Part shown: positions 8,493-16,240 of the stretch, piece by piece
Position numbering within the stretch: the first letter of the stretch is position 1
Layout: every line of letters starts with the position of its first letter
Assembly (NCBI GenBank): GCA_049577645.1
Contig: JBAUKK010000238.1
Coordinates: forward strand, 1-43,756
Length of the DNA stretch: 43,756 bases
Direction of reading: 5' to 3'
Source: Candidatus Deferrimicrobiaceae bacterium
Lineage (GTDB): Bacteria > Desulfobacterota > Deferrimicrobia > Deferrimicrobiales > Deferrimicrobiaceae
The notes under the pieces: generated by a model
The model's input: the letters and a program-made list of their open reading frames with translations, nothing else
What the model was told of the DNA's origin: nothing
The model's database searches: none
Made by a program: the position numbers and the translations under genes

Positions 8493-9807
8493 GCGGCCCT
8501 CCTTCCTCGCCGGAAAGAGAATGGTGTCCGGCGGAACGAATTCGGACACGGCGCACAGGACCTTCCCCTTCCGTGGCCGGTGAAAAGTTGACGGTTTTGT
8601 GGCACGGGGTGCGCCCGCATAGACGCGCGGGGTCCTTCGCGCTCTTCCCCTCGACCAGTACCTCCATCCTCGTACTCACACATGCGGCGAGACGGCTCTT
8701 CGTGTGGCGGCCCTGGAGGGCCTGGAGGCGCGACAGCCGCTCGCTTGCCTCCTCCGGGGCCACGGTGCCCGCCATCCCGGCCGCACGGGTCCCCGGACGG
8801 GGGGAAAACCGGAAGGAGAAGGAAGAGTCGAACCGGACTTCCTCCATGACCGACAGTGTCTCACGGAAATCGGCCTCCGTCTCCCCCGGAAAGCCCACGA
8901 TGAAATCCGAGGAGAATGCGATCCCGGGCCTCGCCTTCCGGAGTTCGTCGATCTTTCCGAGGTATTCCTCCCGTGTGTATCCGCGTCCCATGGAGAATAA
9001 GATGCGCCCGGCCCCCGCCTGGATCGGCAGGTGGATGTGGGGGCACAGGGAATCGATCTCGGAGAAGCACCCGATCGTCTCCCTGTCGAGGTCCCTCGGA
9101 TGCGAAGTGATGAACCGGATCCGCGAGATCCCGCGGATTTTCGACACTCTCCGGAGCAGTTCCGGAAAGGGTATCCCCCCCTCTTTTTTCCCGAAGGAGT
9201 TCACGTTCTGCCCCAGAAGAACCACCTCGCGGACCCCCCGTTCCGCCAGTTCGCGTACCTCGCCCAGGATCTCCGCGGAAGGACGGCTGATCTCGCGGCC
9301 CCGAACGTACGGGACGATGCAATAGGCGCAATAGTTGTCGCATCCCTGCATGATGGTCACCATGGCGCTTGCCGACCCGTTCGCCAGATACGGGAGCACG
9401 TCCCAGTGGCTCGTGTCTTCGGACAGATCGGTGGATACCGTAGCCCCTTGTCCCTGCGCGAGGCGAACGAGATCGGGCAGGCGGGCGATGCTGTGCGTGC
9501 CGAATACGATGTCGACGTGAGGGGCTCTTTTCCTCAAGGAAGCTCCCTCCTGCTGGGCGAGGCATCCCCCCACCGCGACGAGGCGCCCTTCCCTGCCGCG
9601 CTTCCACCGCCGAAGCGTGCCGAGGGCGCTGTAGATCTTCTGGTCCGCCTTATCCCGTATGCTGCAGGTGTTCAGAAGAACGAGGTCGGCTTCGGAGAGG
9701 GATTCGGCGGGCCGGTAATCGGCTTTCCCGAGGAGCGCCATCATCCGGGCCGAGTCCACCTCGTTCATCTGGCAACCGAATGTCTCGATGTACACGCGCC
9801 GGATCAT
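8485..9807 (-). CDS. miaB: tRNA-2-methylthio-N6-dimethylallyladenosine synthase
   Basis: N-terminal YIETFGCQMNEVDS and LLNTCSIRDKA, a radical-SAM CDNYCAYC motif, and a C-terminal TRAM-like region. Confidence 0.92.
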   Translation of the reverse strand: MIRRVYIETFGCQMNEVDSARMMALLGKADYRPAESLSEADLVLLNTCSIRDKADQKIYSALGTLRRWKRGREGRLVAVGGCLAQQEGASLRKRAPHVDIVFGTHSIARLPDLVRLAQGQGATVSTDLSEDTSHWDVLPYLANGSASAMVTIMQGCDNYCAYCIVPYVRGREISRPSAEILGEVRELAERGVREVVLLGQNVNSFGKKEGGIPFPELLRRVSKIRGISRIRFITSHPRDLDRETIGCFSEIDSLCPHIHLPIQAGAGRILFSMGRGYTREEYLGKIDELRKARPGIAFSSDFIVGFPGETEADFRETLSVMEEVRFDSSFSFRFSPRPGTRAAGMAGTVAPEEASERLSRLQALQGRHTKSRLAACVSTRMEVLVEGKSAKDPARLCGRTPCHKTVNFSPATEGEGPVRRVRIRSAGHHSLSGEEGGPRG

Positions 9808-9815
9808 GGGTTCAC

Positions 9816-9843
9816 ATTATAGCATCGCCCCGAAGCTATTCAA
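9816..9843 (-). promoter_or_regulatory. candidate sigma70-type promoter TTGAAT-16 nt-TATAAT directly upstream of miaB
   Basis: On the - strand, TTGAAT lies at 9843-9838 and TATAAT at 9821-9816. Only 8 nt (GTGAACCC) separate the -10 element from the miaB ATG, and there is no SD. Confidence 0.4.
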
Positions 9844-9876
9844 TGTGCGCCCCGGGGGAAGGTCCGGCGAAAAGGG

Positions 9877-10683
9877 TCAGGCGGGAGCCGACATACGCAC
9901 CCCCCGGATAAGGAAGCGGGAAGGGTCGATCTCTTCCCGAAGAAGGCGAAGCTCTTCTTCGGTTGGCGGGGGTATCTCTCCGATATCTTTTGATATAAGG
10001 GGACGGAACGCCATATCCCCCACCACCTCCCCGGGGTCGAGGCCGCGCAGGACGGCCAGGAGGGTCATTCGCTTCGTCTCGTCGTCGAACCCGAAGAGCC
10101 CCTTGGAGGTGACGACGCGGTACGGGCCGGTGCCGGCAGGGAGGCCCGCTTTCTCCCTTGCCCCCGGGCCGGTCAGGTAACCGGGCGAGGTGAGGAAATC
10201 GACCTCGGGGACGAATCGCCTTCCCTCGTGCCGGATCACGATAATCGTTTTCCAGCAATGGGATGCCACCTGGTTCCCGCCGCCGCTGCCCGCGAAACGG
10301 CGCTCGGGCGCGCGGTACGTCCCCCCCAGGAAAGTGGAATTGATATTGCCGTACGGGTCGACCTGAAGGGCCCCGAGCATCCCGTAATCCATGTACCCGG
10401 CGGCGGAGTAGGCGAACGCCCAGTTCATGTTGAGCCACTGGAGGGAGCGGTAGGTGTTCTGCGGTCCGCCCATCGTCCCCCGGACGAACGGAAGGACGGA
10501 TTGCGGCCCGATCGCCCCGAACTCGAACAGCTGGATGACGTTGGGTACGTAGAGCTTCTGACCCAGAATGGCCACGACCTGCGGGATCCCCCATCCGACG
10601 AAGAAGGTCTTGCCGTCCTCGAGCAGGCGCGCTCCCTGCGCGATCATGAACTCCGTGTCCGTGAACTCCACCATGCGCGTCAT
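9877..10683 (-). CDS. family I CoA-transferase, subunit B (GctB-like)
   Basis: Motifs: FVGWGIPQ, a LFEFGAIG putative catalytic Glu region, GSGGGNQVA, and a PGYLTGPG tail. SD GGAAGGAGAAG precedes the ATG at 10683. Confidence 0.8.
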   Translation of the reverse strand: MTRMVEFTDTEFMIAQGARLLEDGKTFFVGWGIPQVVAILGQKLYVPNVIQLFEFGAIGPQSVLPFVRGTMGGPQNTYRSLQWLNMNWAFAYSAAGYMDYGMLGALQVDPYGNINSTFLGGTYRAPERRFAGSGGGNQVASHCWKTIIVIRHEGRRFVPEVDFLTSPGYLTGPGAREKAGLPAGTGPYRVVTSKGLFGFDDETKRMTLLAVLRGLDPGEVVGDMAFRPLISKDIGEIPPPTEEELRLLREEIDPSRFLIRGVRMSAPA

Positions 10684-10747
10684 GGCTCTTCTCCTTCCGC
10701 GGCCGCATTGCCGTTACCGGTTATATCCCTCGCGGAGGGGATACCGC

Positions 10748-11716
10748 CTACCGGTACCCCTCGATGACGGTCGCCTTTCCGCGAAGCTCCCTCATCTTCG
10801 CGGCCCCGACGCGCCGGTCGAGAAACTCCTCGTGGTCGGAAACGCTGTAGACGGTCTCGTGGAGGTACTCCCGCATCTGCTCTTCGTTTTGGATTCCGTT
10901 TAGGATGTCGATGTGCGGAAGGTCGATTTCGTATCGCGCCGGCATCGCCCCGGGGTAGGCGCCGAAGGGTGCGTGGACCACCGCGTCGACAAGAAAATAC
11001 GGAATGGTGGTCCGCATCGGGTCCTTTCGGAACTCCTCCGGGTCGACGATTTCCTCCGCCGAGACGATCACCCGGTGGGAGGCCATCGCCGCCTCCAGGG
11101 CGAACAGGTTCGTCCCGAAAATGCGTGCGTCGCCGTAGATATCCGCCTGGTGGACGTGGAGGAAGGCGACGTCGGGGTTGAGAGCGGGCACGGCGGCCAG
11201 GGGAAGTCCCGTGTAGGGGTCCTCGATCACCTTCGCCGCGCTGACGGCCATGTTGTCCGAGCCGAGGAGGTCCCGGGTCGGGAGGAAGGGGACGCCCCGG
11301 GCGCCGGCGAGCATCCGGAGGGCGAGACCTCCGTTGGTCCAATCGTACACCCTGACCTTGCCCTCGCAGACCGCCTGTCCGATGTAGCTGCCGTATCCCA
11401 GGAAGCCGACGTCGATGCGCGTGACGCACCCCGCACCCGTCAGCAACGCGGATTCGTGGAGGGTGAATTCGGCCCCGATCCAGAGGTCCTTCCTGCGCTG
11501 GCGGATGACCTCCCGGATGAGCGATTGCGGTCCCCTTGTCAGGCTGGAGAAATCGTAGACGAGATAATCGCCGTCGGATACGAACGCGGAAACGGCTTCC
11601 TTCGCCGGGCATAGCTTCGGTTCCGGCTTCCGGCTCCTCCTGTCCCTCACGAACCTCCGAAAATCGTCCGGATGCTCGAACCGGTACTCGATCTCCCCCT
11701 CTTTCCGGATCTTCAT
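10748..11716 (-). CDS. family I CoA-transferase, subunit A (GctA-like)
   Basis: Family-typical blocks: SLTRGPQSLIREVIRQRRKDLWI, GLALRMLAGARGVPFLPTRDLLGSD and ADIYGDARIFG. The ATG overlaps the meaB stop (ATGA). Confidence 0.8.
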   Translation of the reverse strand: MKIRKEGEIEYRFEHPDDFRRFVRDRRSRKPEPKLCPAKEAVSAFVSDGDYLVYDFSSLTRGPQSLIREVIRQRRKDLWIGAEFTLHESALLTGAGCVTRIDVGFLGYGSYIGQAVCEGKVRVYDWTNGGLALRMLAGARGVPFLPTRDLLGSDNMAVSAAKVIEDPYTGLPLAAVPALNPDVAFLHVHQADIYGDARIFGTNLFALEAAMASHRVIVSAEEIVDPEEFRKDPMRTTIPYFLVDAVVHAPFGAYPGAMPARYEIDLPHIDILNGIQNEEQMREYLHETVYSVSDHEEFLDRRVGAAKMRELRGKATVIEGYR

Positions 11717-12711
11717 TTCCCTTTTCCCCTTTTCCCCTTCCCTTTTCCCTCCCCCTCCGAAAGGGGAAAGCCGAACCTGTGGTCCACCACCCGTTCGGCA
11801 ACGGAGTACGGGTCCCGGTGTTTTTCGGCGATTTCCCCGAGAAGAAGGTCGAGCACCCCGTTCCGGGAAAGGTCCTCCACGGCTTTCTCAATGAGCTTTT
11901 TCTTGAGTATCTCCAGGAGTTCCACCCGCGCCCTTTCCCTGCGGTACCGCGCAAGATTCTCCTCGCGGGAAACGAACTTCCAGTGCCGGCCGATCTCGGA
12001 GAAGAGATCGGGGACTCCGGCTCCCGTCTGGGCGACGACGGCCATGACGGGGGGGACCCACTCCCCCTCCCGGTAGGGGTTCATCGACACCATCGTCTCG
12101 AGTTCCTGCCTCGTCCTGTCGGCGCCTTCCCGGTCGGACTTGTTGACCACGAAAATGTCGGCGATCTCGAGGATCCCCGCCTTGAGTGCCTGGATGTCGT
12201 CCCCCATTCCCGGCGCCACGAGGACGATGTTCGTGTGGGCCACCTTGACGATCTCCACTTCGTCCTGCCCCACGCCGACGGTCTCGATGATGACGATGTC
12301 CTTGCCCATGGCGTCCATGACGTTGACGATGTCGATCGTGGACTTGGAGAGGCCGCCCAGATGTCCGCGGGTTGCCAGGCTCTTGATGAACACGCCGTCG
12401 TCGAGCGCGTGTTTCTGCATGCGGATGCGGTCGCCGAGGATCGCCCCGCCGGAGAAGGGGCTGGTGGGGTCGATTGCGACGATCCCGACGGTTTTCCCTT
12501 CCCGCCGGATCTCCCCGGTGAGGGAGTCCACGAGGGTGGATTTCCCGGCTCCCGGTGCTCCCGTGATCCCCAGGATGGTTGCCTTGCCGGTGTGGCGGTA
12601 CAAGGTCTTGAGCGTCCTGTGGGCGGAGGGGATCTCGTCGTCCAGATCCCGCATCAGGCGGGCGGCGGCCTGGATGTCGCCGGAGAGAACGTATTTCGCC
12701 GAGACGGCCAC
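11713..12711 (-). CDS. meaB: MeaB/ArgK-type G-protein chaperone for B12 mutases
   Basis: P-loop GITGAPGAGKSTL, GGAILGDRIRM, ETVGVGQDE and VVNKSD. The GTG start at 12711 lies 5 nt after the stop of the upstream ACAD. The longer 512-aa ORF runs through that ACAD and is rejected. Confidence 0.85.
   Translation of the reverse strand: MAVSAKYVLSGDIQAAARLMRDLDDEIPSAHRTLKTLYRHTGKATILGITGAPGAGKSTLVDSLTGEIRREGKTVGIVAIDPTSPFSGGAILGDRIRMQKHALDDGVFIKSLATRGHLGGLSKSTIDIVNVMDAMGKDIVIIETVGVGQDEVEIVKVAHTNIVLVAPGMGDDIQALKAGILEIADIFVVNKSDREGADRTRQELETMVSMNPYREGEWVPPVMAVVAQTGAGVPDLFSEIGRHWKFVSREENLARYRRERARVELLEILKKKLIEKAVEDLSRNGVLDLLLGEIAEKHRDPYSVAERVVDHRFGFPLSEGEGKGKGKRGKGK
11716..11758 (-). repeat. 43-nt homopurine (coding strand) / homopyrimidine tract
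   Basis: Positions 11716-11758 on the + strand contain only C and T. The tract encodes the GEGKGKGKRGKGK tail of MeaB and forms an extended purine-rich leader for the CoA-transferase A start. Confidence 0.9.
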
Positions 12712-12716
12712 AGGGG

Positions 12717-13862
12717 TCAGTGGCCCCGGATCAGGCGGCGGGCGATGATCATGCGTAGCACCTCCGAGGTTCCTTCTCCGATCTCGCAGAGCTTGGCGTC
12801 CCTCATGTACCTCTCCACGGGGTATTCGCGGATGGTTCCGTACCCCCCGAAAATCTGTACCGCCTTGATCGTGGAGCGCATGGCGGCCTCGGAGGCGAAG
12901 AGCTTCGCGATCGCCGCCTCCTGCACGAAGGGCTTCCCGGCGTCTTTCCGGCAGGCGGCGCGGAACGTGAGCAGCGACGCGGCGTCGAGCTCCGTTCCCG
13001 CGTCCGCGATCATCCACTGGATGGCCTGGAAGGACGAAATCGGCCGTCCGAACTGATGCCTTTCCTTCGCGTAGGCGATTGCCTCCTCCATGGCGCCCCG
13101 CCCGATTCCGACCGCCAGGGCGGCGATGGAGATGCGTCCCCCCGCGAGGTTTCGCATCGTGTCGCGGAACCCGGAGTTGACTTCCCCGATCACGTTGCCG
13201 GGCTTCACCTCGAGATCTTCCAGCACCAGTTCCGCCGTGTCGGAAGAGCACATCCCGAGCTTGTGGAGGGGTTTCCCCGGGGAAAGGCCGGGCGTCCCGG
13301 CCTCGACCAGGAAAGCGGTTACGCCGTCACGTCCCTTCTCCCTGTCGGTCACGGCAAGGACGAGGTACACGCCCGCGACGCTACCCTGCGTGATGAACAT
13401 CTTGTTCCCGTTAATGACCCAGCGGTCCCCCTTCCACTCCGCCCGGGTTTTCATGCTGAGCGAGTCCGAGCCCGATCCGGGCTCGGTCAGGGCCCACGCC
13501 CCCAGGCGCCGACCGGAGACGAGCTCCGGAAGATATTTCCGGCGGATCGCCTCGGAGCCGAACGCGAGGATATGCGCGGTGCACAGCGAGTTGTGGGAAG
13601 CGACGGTCAGGCCGAGCGATCCGTCTCCTTTCCCGATTTCCTCCACCGCGATCGAGTAGCTGATCGTGTCCATCCCGGACCCGCCGTACTCCTCGGGGAC
13701 CATGACCCCCATGATCCCGAGCTCACCCAGTTTCGCCACGGCCTCCGCGGGGAATTTGCCCGATTCGTCCCAATGCCGGGCGTGCGGGCGCACTTCCCTG
13801 TCTACGAAAGTCCGCACCATGTCCCGCAGGGCGACGTGCTCGGGGGAAAGCTCGAAATTCAT
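12717..13862 (-). CDS. acyl-CoA dehydrogenase (paralogue 1)
   Basis: Motifs: ALTEPGSGSD, FITQG, FQAIQWMIAD, and a catalytic Glu region CEIGEGTSEVLR. ATG at 13862. Confidence 0.9.
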   Translation of the reverse strand: MNFELSPEHVALRDMVRTFVDREVRPHARHWDESGKFPAEAVAKLGELGIMGVMVPEEYGGSGMDTISYSIAVEEIGKGDGSLGLTVASHNSLCTAHILAFGSEAIRRKYLPELVSGRRLGAWALTEPGSGSDSLSMKTRAEWKGDRWVINGNKMFITQGSVAGVYLVLAVTDREKGRDGVTAFLVEAGTPGLSPGKPLHKLGMCSSDTAELVLEDLEVKPGNVIGEVNSGFRDTMRNLAGGRISIAALAVGIGRGAMEEAIAYAKERHQFGRPISSFQAIQWMIADAGTELDAASLLTFRAACRKDAGKPFVQEAAIAKLFASEAAMRSTIKAVQIFGGYGTIREYPVERYMRDAKLCEIGEGTSEVLRMIIARRLIRGH

Positions 13863-13876
13863 CGCGTGTACCGCCC

Positions 13877-14434
13877 CTATGACGGGACGAAATACATATC
13901 CGTCGGGTTGAGCCGGGAATTTCGCCGGAATTTCGCCTTTACCTTCATGCCGATCCGGATCTCTTCCGGTCCTTCCACGCCGATCAGGCGGGCAAGGAGC
14001 AGCGTGTCCACCCCGTCGAACTCGACGAGAATCAGGTGGAAGGGGGTCTCCTTCAGGAATTCCTCGCTTCCGTAGTAGCACGTGGTAAAGGTGTGGACGC
14101 GACCCTCCGGGGGAAGCTCGGTCCAGTCGGTCTCCTTCCCGCAGCTGGCGCAATGAAGTCTCGGGGTTGCGTAGGTGTAACGGCAGGGGCCGCAGCGGGT
14201 CCCGAGCAGCTTCCCGTTGGCGATCCCGGCGAAAAACGGGGAGTCCTGCCCGTAGGAGTGGAGGTACTCGACGGAATAGGGGTGGCGGATTACGATCGGG
14301 GACATCCCCTTCAGCGTGGACAGATCCTTCGGAAACGGGACGTTGTATACCGTGGCTCCCGTCATCACCTCTTCGATCTTGGTGCTCCGGCCGTGCTTCG
14401 GCGGTTTCGCTGAACCGAACCTCTTCTTCGCCAT
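13877..14434 (-). CDS. DUF35 Zn-ribbon/OB-fold protein (thiolase partner)
   Basis: Zn ribbon CGPCRYTYATPRLHCASCG is followed by an OB-like segment GRVHTFTT...ILVEFDG...ARL. SD AAAGGGGTGG precedes the ATG at 14434. Confidence 0.8.
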   Translation of the reverse strand: MAKKRFGSAKPPKHGRSTKIEEVMTGATVYNVPFPKDLSTLKGMSPIVIRHPYSVEYLHSYGQDSPFFAGIANGKLLGTRCGPCRYTYATPRLHCASCGKETDWTELPPEGRVHTFTTCYYGSEEFLKETPFHLILVEFDGVDTLLLARLIGVEGPEEIRIGMKVKAKFRRNSRLNPTDMYFVPS

Positions 14435-14437
14435 GGT

Positions 14438-15724
14438 CTACCACCCCTTTTCCAGGATCGATACGGTGACATACGTGCCTGTGCCGGCGTGACTGTGGAT
14501 GAGACCGCGATTCGCTTTTTTCAGCTGAAGCTCCCCCGATCCGAAATGCCTCCCGATGCTCCCCTGGATCTGCCAGAAGGCGAACACGGCCTGCATCAGG
14601 CCGGTCGCGCCGACGGGATGTCCGCAGGCGATCAGCCCCCCCGAGGGGTTGACCGGAATCGTCCCCTTTTTCCTCAGCTTAAGGCCGTAGTCGATCTGGG
14701 GCAGGAAGGGGTGCCCCTGCTCGACGAATTTCCCGCCCTCCCCGTATCTGCAGAGGGCCAGATCCTCGTAGGTCTGGATCTCCGACGACGTGTAGGCGTC
14801 ATGGAGTTCGATGAAGTCGATCTCCTTTATGGGGTCCTTTATCCCGGCCATCCTGTATGCCTGGATGCCGGCGCTCCGTCCCGCACGGAAGGAATGTACG
14901 CCGGGGTATTTCATGTTCCGGTAGTCGCTCTCCTTCTCGTTCGGGGCGAGAATCACCTTCCCGTGGGGGCGGTCGGCCATCCGCATCATGTCGGTGCCGG
15001 TTCCGACTCCGGTTATCCTGACGGGCTTGTCGGTGAGCCGGAAGGCCGTCTCCTCGTCCGCAAGTATGCAGACGGCGGCCCCGTCCGACATGACGCAGAT
15101 GTCGAGGAGGGTCAGCGGGTAGGCAACCATCTCGGAATCGCGAACCTCCCGGACCGTCAGCCGCTTCTGTTTCTGGGCGTAGGGGTTGAAGCAGGCGTTC
15201 CTGTGGTTCTTGACCGATACCATCGCCATCTGCTCGACGGTGGTGCCGAACTCGTGGATGTGGCGGTTCACCATCATCGCATAATAGCCGGAGTAGAATC
15301 CCCCGACGGGGTAGTCGAAGTTCATGTCCGAAGCGTGTGCGATGAACTCGTTCCCCTTCCACGTCTGGACACGGGACATCGTCTCGAAGCCGAAGGCAAC
15401 GCAGCAGTTCATCCGCCCGGACGCAACGGATTCCCAGGCGGACTGGAAGCACAATCCTCCCGTGGCGCCGCCACCCTCGATCCTCTTGTTCGGCTTCGGA
15501 CAGAGGCCGAGATAGTCCGCCGCCATGATCCCGGCCATCAGCTGCCGCGTGAAGTGGTCCGAGAAGTACGACCCCACCGAGCCGTCGATCCTGTCCGGCT
15601 TGAGCCGGGGGATATCCCCGAGGGCGTAGTCGAATGCCTCCTTCACCATCTTCTGGAACGTCGCGTCCGGCCGCGCCTTGGCGAATTTGCTGACCCCTCC
15701 CGACACCATGTATACCGGTCTCAC
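14438..15724 (-). CDS. SCP-x/thiolase-like protein (non-classical thiolase family)
   Basis: Thiolase-fold blocks VYMVSGGVSKFAK, GGGATGGL, ELHDAYTS and NPSGGLIACGHPVGATG. GTG start at 15724 behind AGGAGGG. A 3-nt gap separates it from the DUF35 gene. Confidence 0.8.
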   Translation of the reverse strand: MRPVYMVSGGVSKFAKARPDATFQKMVKEAFDYALGDIPRLKPDRIDGSVGSYFSDHFTRQLMAGIMAADYLGLCPKPNKRIEGGGATGGLCFQSAWESVASGRMNCCVAFGFETMSRVQTWKGNEFIAHASDMNFDYPVGGFYSGYYAMMVNRHIHEFGTTVEQMAMVSVKNHRNACFNPYAQKQKRLTVREVRDSEMVAYPLTLLDICVMSDGAAVCILADEETAFRLTDKPVRITGVGTGTDMMRMADRPHGKVILAPNEKESDYRNMKYPGVHSFRAGRSAGIQAYRMAGIKDPIKEIDFIELHDAYTSSEIQTYEDLALCRYGEGGKFVEQGHPFLPQIDYGLKLRKKGTIPVNPSGGLIACGHPVGATGLMQAVFAFWQIQGSIGRHFGSGELQLKKANRGLIHSHAGTGTYVTVSILEKGW

Positions 15725-15737
15725 TTCTTCCCTCCTG

Positions 15738-15769
15738 GGCCGGCGTAAAATCCGTTCCGGGAGCCGGCC
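15738..15769 (-). other. intercistronic stem-loop (7-bp GC stem GGCCGGC/GCCGGCC, 18-nt loop)
   Basis: It lies between the mutase small-subunit stop (15772) and the SD of the thiolase-like gene. The complementary arms are at 15738-15744 and 15763-15769. Confidence 0.5.
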
Positions 15770-15771
15770 GG

Positions 15772-16221
15772 CTACGCTCTGGGCCGAACCCGCCCGTGGA
15801 CGTATTCGACGATTTCCGAAAGCGGTGTCCCGGGGGTGAATATCCTGTCCACCCCCTTTTTCCGGAGGCCCGGAATGTCGCCGTCCGGGATGATACCGCC
15901 GCCGAACACCACGATCCTCCCCATCTTCCTCTTCTTGAGCAGTTCCACGACCTTCGGGAAGAGGTAATTGTGGGCCCCGGAAAGGATCGACAGGCCGATC
16001 GCGTCCACGTCCTCCTGAACGGCCGCGTTCACGATCATCTCCGGGGTCTGGTGAAGCCCGGTGTAGATGACCTCTACCCCCGCGTCCCGCAGCGCGCGCG
16101 CGATGATCTTCGCTCCCCGGTCATGGCCGTCGAGCCCCGGTTTTCCGACCATGACACGGACCTTCCGCCTCGCTTTCGCCTTTCCCGCCCCCGACCGTTT
16201 CGTCGCCGTCGCACTCGCCAT
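15772..16221 (-). CDS. icmB: B12-binding small subunit of an acyl-CoA mutase (isobutyryl-CoA mutase-like)
   Basis: DxHxxG motif in [12 protein letters not shown]. Also SILSGAH and GGGIIP, typical of the cobalamin-binding Rossmann domain. Confidence 0.8.
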   Translation of the reverse strand: MASATATKRSGAGKAKARRKVRVMVGKPGLDGHDRGAKIIARALRDAGVEVIYTGLHQTPEMIVNAAVQEDVDAIGLSILSGAHNYLFPKVVELLKKRKMGRIVVFGGGIIPDGDIPGLRKKGVDRIFTPGTPLSEIVEYVHGRVRPRA

Positions 16222-16240
16222 CTTCGCCCCCCGTTGCGTC

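Noticed and set aside
8004-9807. The BFN nuclease next to miaB as a possible defence nuclease module
   Set aside because: DUF151/BFN proteins are widespread housekeeping-type nucleases. There is no partner sensor, ATPase, methylase or toxin-like gene, and the gene is overlap-coupled to miaB. I see no evidence for a defence system.
12712-13251. An upstream in-frame extension of meaB (512-aa ORF 11713-13251)
   Set aside because: It runs through the C-terminal third of a bona fide acyl-CoA dehydrogenase in another frame. MeaB homology begins at VAVSAKYVLSGD, immediately after the ACAD stop, where a GTG is available.
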